From: Patescibacteria group bacterium
Lineage (GTDB): Bacteria; Patescibacteriota; Gracilibacteria; UBA1369; UBA12463
Assembly: GCA_038062935.1 (NCBI GenBank)
Contig: JBBTWG010000025.1
Location: 1 to 46,014 of the forward strand
Direction of reading: 5' to 3'
DNA: 46,014 nt
The notes under the pieces are model-generated. The model was not told the DNA's origin. It was given only the letters and a program-made list of their open reading frames with translations, and did not search any database. The stretch's first letter is position 1. Each line of letters starts with the position of its first letter. Below, one piece after another: positions 43,272-46,014 of this stretch. A program made the translations under genes and the position numbers.

Positions 43272-44180
43272 TCACCCCTCCAACGCAATCTTCCCCGCTG
43301 AGATCTCCGAAATTTCTCGTGTAATCGTCGCCTGACGGACTTGATTCATGTGGAACGTGAGATCGTTGATGAAGTCATTCGCATTATTCGTCGCGCTCTG
43401 CATCGCCACCATGCGTGCAGAGTGCTCTGACGCCGTCGTTTCGAGCGCCGCCTGGAAGACTTGCATCTGCGTCAATTGTGGCAGCAAATTTCCGAGAATT
43501 GCCGCTGGTGAAGGTTCGAAGAGATAATCCGTCGGATCTTCTTTGCCAATATTTTTCAGGTGTTTCAAGCCGAGATCCTCCGCCAGAGTCATCACCGCTT
43601 CTTTCGAAAAAGGCAGCAGCTGATAGGCTGTAGGTTTCTGGACGAGCGGAGAAATGAAGTTCTGATAGAGCATCTCGATCTGGTCATACGTCCCATCCTG
43701 GAACAAATCCATCACATATTTCCCCACCGACAGAGTGTCCGCAAGTTTCGGATGATTCGTGAGAGCACCATACGAAAGCACGATATTTCGGCCACTGCGA
43801 GCCAAGAAATCCTGACCTTTTTTCCCGATCGCAATGTAATCCACCTCGGCACCATCTTTTTTCATCATTTTCTCGAATTCAAAAACTTTCTTGAAAAGAT
43901 TCGTATTAAATCCTCCACACAGCCCGCGATCCGAAGTGAAAACCACTGCCAAAACTTTCTTGATCGGACGTTGGGCGAGGAGTGGATGCGTAAAGCCCTC
44001 CACGCGCTCAGACAATTGAGTGAGCAACATAAGCGCCGTCGACGCATACGTACGCATCGTCGTCGCACTGTGTACAGCCTTTTTCATCTTCGCCGCCGAC
44101 ACGAGTTCCATCGCCCGCGTAATCTGGCGAGTAGAACGGATAGATTTGATTTTGCGACGAATTTCGCGAGAGGAAGCCAT
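43272..44180 (-). CDS. atpG: F0F1 ATP synthase subunit gamma
   Basis: The family pattern is present: MASSREIRRKIKSIRSTRQITRAMELVSAAKMKKA...SDRGLCGGFN...ITREISEISAG. Confidence 0.95.
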   Translation of the reverse strand: MASSREIRRKIKSIRSTRQITRAMELVSAAKMKKAVHSATTMRTYASTALMLLTQLSERVEGFTHPLLAQRPIKKVLAVVFTSDRGLCGGFNTNLFKKVFEFEKMMKKDGAEVDYIAIGKKGQDFLARSGRNIVLSYGALTNHPKLADTLSVGKYVMDLFQDGTYDQIEMLYQNFISPLVQKPTAYQLLPFSKEAVMTLAEDLGLKHLKNIGKEDPTDYLFEPSPAAILGNLLPQLTQMQVFQAALETTASEHSARMVAMQSATNNANDFINDLTFHMNQVRQATITREISEISAGKIALEG

Positions 44181-44199
44181 GGGACGAGAATTTAGAAAA

Positions 44200-45702
44200 T
44201 TACTTCTTCAAAAAATACGCCTTGAAATCTCCAATCACTTTCTTCAATTCTGGCTCAATCTCCGGAGTAAAATCTTTTTTCTCACGAAGCTCGGTCATCA
44301 ATTTCGCCTGCGCATTTTTCAAATGTTCGAAGAATGCTCGTTGGAAATCCATCATGTCAGCCACAGGAATTTCATCGAGATAGCCGTTCACCGCAGCGTA
44401 CAAAATCGACACCTGTTGCTCGACTGGAGTTGGTTCGTATTGAGGTTGTTTCAAAACTTCCGTGATACGGGCACCGCGATCAAGTTGTTTTTTCGTATCA
44501 GCATCGAGATCGGTTCCGAACTGTGCAAACACCGCAAGTTCTCGATATTGAGCGAGATCCAGACGCATCTTGCCAGCCACTTTTTTCATGGCTTTGATCT
44601 GCGCGGCAGAACCCACGCGAGACACCGAGAGACCGACGTTGACCGCTGGTCGAATACCTTTGAAGAAGAGATCCGATTCCAGATAAATCTGTCCGTCTGT
44701 GATAGAAATAACGTTCGTCGGAATATACGCGGAAACATCGCCTGATTGCGTTTCGATAATCGGAAGCGCCGTCAGAGAACCTCCACCGTGCTGTTCATTC
44801 AAACACACAGCGCGTTCGAGGAGACGAGAGTGCAGATAAAAAATGTCTCCTGGATACGCTTCACGTCCTGGTGGACGTTTGAGAAGGAGGGAAATTTGGC
44901 GATATGCCCACGCCTGTTTCGAGAGATCGTCATAAATCACAAGGACGTCTTTTCCTTTGTCGACAAAATATTCACCGATCGCGCAACCGCTATACGGTGC
45001 GAGAAATTGGAGAGGAGCTGGATCAGAAGCACCTGCGAGAACCACCGTCGTGTATTCCATCGCGCCATGTTTCTCGAGCTCAGAAACGATCTTCGCGACT
45101 TTGGAAGCTTTCTGGCCAATAGCCACATAAATACAGATCAAATCCTGACCTTTTTGGTTGAGAATCGTATCAATCGCGATCGCTGTTTTTCCGGTCTGGC
45201 GGTCGCCGATGATGAGCTCACGTTGACCACGACCGATCGGAATCATCGCATCGATGGCGCGAATACCTGTTTGCATCGGACGGCTCACGCTCTTGCGAGT
45301 GATGACACCTGGAGCCACTTTTTCCACTGGATAAAATTCTGTCGCAGGAATTGCTCCTTTTCCATCAATCGGTTGTCCCAACGCATTCACCACACGACCA
45401 ATGATTTTTTCGCTCACTGGCACCGAGAGGATGCGCCCAGTCGACTTCACGGTGTCCCCCTCGTGAATGCCTTCTGTTTCTCCCAAAATAACCGCACCAA
45501 TCGTGTCTTCCTCCAGGTTCAGAGCCCATCCGAAAGTTCCATTCGGAAACTCCAGAACTTCAGAAGATTTGGCTTCTTTGAGCCCAGAAATCCTCGCAAT
45601 ACCGTCACCCACTTCCAGCACAGTTCCGACGTGCTCGGTGGTCGATTTCGCGCGAAAATCCTGAATATGTTTTTTGAAGAGAGAAATGGTGTCGGAAGAC
45701 AT
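44200..45702 (-). CDS. atpA: F0F1 ATP synthase subunit alpha
   Basis: [19 protein letters not shown] (P-loop), [44 protein letters not shown] and ITDGQIYL are present. I placed the start at ATG 45702 ([11 protein letters not shown]...). The ORF-track extension to 45753 translates the heptamer array. Confidence 0.95.
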   Translation of the reverse strand: MSSDTISLFKKHIQDFRAKSTTEHVGTVLEVGDGIARISGLKEAKSSEVLEFPNGTFGWALNLEEDTIGAVILGETEGIHEGDTVKSTGRILSVPVSEKIIGRVVNALGQPIDGKGAIPATEFYPVEKVAPGVITRKSVSRPMQTGIRAIDAMIPIGRGQRELIIGDRQTGKTAIAIDTILNQKGQDLICIYVAIGQKASKVAKIVSELEKHGAMEYTTVVLAGASDPAPLQFLAPYSGCAIGEYFVDKGKDVLVIYDDLSKQAWAYRQISLLLKRPPGREAYPGDIFYLHSRLLERAVCLNEQHGGGSLTALPIIETQSGDVSAYIPTNVISITDGQIYLESDLFFKGIRPAVNVGLSVSRVGSAAQIKAMKKVAGKMRLDLAQYRELAVFAQFGTDLDADTKKQLDRGARITEVLKQPQYEPTPVEQQVSILYAAVNGYLDEIPVADMMDFQRAFFEHLKNAQAKLMTELREKKDFTPEIEPELKKVIGDFKAYFLKK

Positions 45703-45707
45703 GGGGG

Positions 45708-45735
45708 AAGGATTTAGGATGTAGGATTGAGGATA
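45708..45735 (-). repeat. Tandem heptamer array upstream of atpA (coding strand: TATCCTC AATCCTA CATCCTA AATCCTT, then ccccc ATG)
   Basis: Read directly from the sequence. It has 4 units and ends 5 nt before the atpA ATG. Confidence 0.8.
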
Positions 45736-45760
45736 TAGCCAGTCACAAGTCACTTGTCAA
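45732..45760 (-). promoter_or_regulatory. Internal promoter candidate for atpA (TTGACA-17 nt-TATATC), overlapping the 3' end of atpH
   Basis: On the minus strand, TTGACA is the complement of 45755-45760 and TATATC is the complement of 45732-45737. The spacer is exactly 17 nt. The predicted transcript leader would consist of the heptamer array. Confidence 0.4.
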
Positions 45761-46014
45761 ATGTCACACGTAGCCGCTGTAATTGTCCAGCCACAGTTGC
45801 GTCAAAATACAGATCACCAACTTTGAGTGCAATACCACCGCCGAGCGCGGGATTTTCTTTTTGCTGGAGCGAAATTTTTTTCTTCAGAGATTTTTCCAGA
45901 TCAGTCGTCAATTTCGTGAGTGCTGCTGCATCGAGCGTTTTTGCGACATACGCCGTGACCGAAACGATGCCGTTTTCTTTCTTCCAGAGTTCATCAGCAA
46001 TCATCAAAATACGA
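45750..46014 (-). CDS. atpH: F0F1 ATP synthase subunit delta (C-terminal part; 5' end lies outside the window)
   Basis: ...[65 protein letters not shown] matches the delta/OSCP C-terminal pattern (...GG....GD...D.S....L). It lies directly upstream of atpA. Confidence 0.85.
   Translation of the reverse strand, partial: RILMIADELWKKENGIVSVTAYVAKTLDAAALTKLTTDLEKSLKKKISLQQKENPALGGGIALKVGDLYFDATVAGQLQRLRVTFDK

Noticed and set aside
43560-45717. Plus-strand ORFs of 211, 241 and 323 aa antisense to atpG and atpA.
   Set aside because: The minus-strand frames are textbook ATP synthase gamma and alpha subunits. These are shadow ORFs.
1-46014. Alternative genetic code (UGA recoding, as in some candidate phyla).
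   Set aside because: TGA terminates conserved proteins at their expected ends (purN, ssb, atpH, the HNH gene). ORFs of 1155-2379 aa are open under the standard code.
1-46014. CRISPR arrays, tRNA/rRNA genes, transposases or integrases, and a diversity-generating retroelement acting on the repeat-rich giant genes.
   Set aside because: I saw no spaced direct repeats of CRISPR type. No intergenic gap except 27566-27981 is large enough for a tRNA, and none shows a T-arm consensus. No reverse transcriptase, transposase or integrase ORF is present in the window.

Overview
The window is a very compact stretch of bacterial chromosome. Stop codons are standard: TGA terminates conserved proteins at their expected ends. 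There are many 1-4 nt gene overlaps, convergent genes abut without terminators, and almost no gene has a Shine-Dalgarno sequence. I saw no rRNA, tRNA, CRISPR array, transposase or integrase.

Recognisable housekeeping genes:
- sdaAA (3' part only), purN and purH.
- Two archaeal-type purP paralogs.
- An AAG/MPG-type glycosylase, rlmN, the rpsF-ssb-rpsR operon and yidD.
- atpH-atpA-atpG, an ATP synthase operon that stops abruptly after atpG.

Envelope genes:
- Two tandem giant paralogous surface proteins (2379 and 1155 aa). Each has an N-terminal membrane anchor, many FN3-like repeats and three C-terminal SLH domains.
- Convergent GT2 and GlmU-like sugar-activation genes next to them.
- A LysM/M23 peptidase and two lipoproteins, one of them Memo-like.

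Accessory genes:
- An HNH protein.
- A RelE/Phd-type toxin-antitoxin pair.
- A DUF4143-type AAA ATPase.
- A convergent pair of an ATP-grasp ligase and a PLP decarboxylase.

The most unusual content:
1. A 9.6-kb five-gene orphan operon (33.6-43.3 kb). It encodes membrane proteins and giant proteins with no family I can recognise. One is a polytopic protein with a VirB6/TrbL-like architecture, and another is a 1407-aa protein with a His/Asp-rich tract.
2. G-free tandem heptamer arrays, (A/C)ATCCTA x4-7, sit immediately upstream of four housekeeping genes. Two of the arrays are paired with a shared 16-nt box.

The organism is probably an uncultivated small-genome lineage. That is a guess from gene content and compaction, not a computed result. 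No GC content, alignment or database search was run. All calls come from reading the translated ORFs and the DNA.
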